Source: a virus (lineage: Duplodnaviria; Caudoviricetes). Taken from it: a DNA stretch of 56,588 bases. Below are positions 56,315 to 56,588 of the stretch, one piece after another. The notes below the pieces were generated by a model. That model had not been told where the DNA came from, searched no databases, and saw only the letters and a list, made by a program, of their open reading frames with translations. Position 1 is the first letter of the stretch, and each line of letters opens with the position of its first letter. The stretch spans positions 1 to 56,588 of the IMG/VR virus record IMGVR_UViG_3300043409_001689; one strand, given 5' to 3'. The position numbers and the translations under genes are program-made.

Positions 56315-56588
56315 TGTTTTAATAAATAATTTATTTTTATAAAAAAAAGTCTAAAAGGTTTGTTTTATTTAAATTATTGTTATACATTTGTATTTATATT
56401 TAAATGGGTGTCTCAGTATAAAATGGTGTATTTGCAACTTTTGGAAGTTGCAAATATTTGCGGTGAAAACTGCTGTACTCGCTGCAAGTGTGGTTTATCA
56501 TTAATTGAAGCTAACGTTTGCCCCCCCCCCCCCCCCCCCCCCCGTTTTGGGGGGGGTGTGGGGGGGGGGGGGTTTTGGGTGGCAAAAA

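Noticed and set aside
56383-56520. TACATTTG box, 12-bp inverted repeat (TATTTGCAACTT/AAGTTGCAAATA) and a Cys-rich ORF from 56423
   Set aside because: Runs into the artefactual end; it may join the truncated ORF at the window start, but this cannot be supported.
56521-56588. Poly-C/poly-G tract at the window end
   Set aside because: Low-complexity contig edge typical of a sequencing or assembly artefact; not interpreted as a terminus or G-quadruplex.
1-56588. Stop-codon reassignment or diversity-generating retroelement
   Set aside because: Core genes are intact under the standard code, and no reverse transcriptase or TR/VR pair was seen.

Overview
This window is a near-complete genome (~56.6 kb) of a contractile-tailed (myovirus-type) dsDNA phage. 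The host is very probably a Bacteroidota member, judged from many TAnnTTTG/-33 TTTG promoters, SD-less A-rich leaders and a type IX secretion (T9SS) cargo-like gene. Layout: minus-strand early/accessory genes (0.5-5 kb); a plus-strand packaging, head, neck, tail, baseplate and lysis module (7.6-41.4 kb) interrupted by a few minus-strand insertions; a ParB-like/ABC-ATPase/GNAT cassette (42.2-43.9 kb); and a minus-strand recombination/replication arm (44-56.3 kb). I recognised no integrase, repressor, DNA polymerase or small terminase. Top candidate for a new system: about 25 copies of a TTAACGAAAATT(CT) element lie in sense orientation, nearly all in gene leaders across all modules. One further copy lies antisense inside an ORF-free promoter-to-terminator unit (~42030-42177), suggesting a phage sRNA complementary to the phage's own translation-initiation regions. 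Other notable items: three candidate -1 frameshifts, a T9SS-type secreted protein and a signal-peptide-bearing fibre-like protein, two sigma-54-type promoters, a tRNA-like element with an enlarged anticodon loop, a second structured sRNA, and an attenuator-like leader before the replication genes. All product calls come from motif recognition and synteny; no database search was run.
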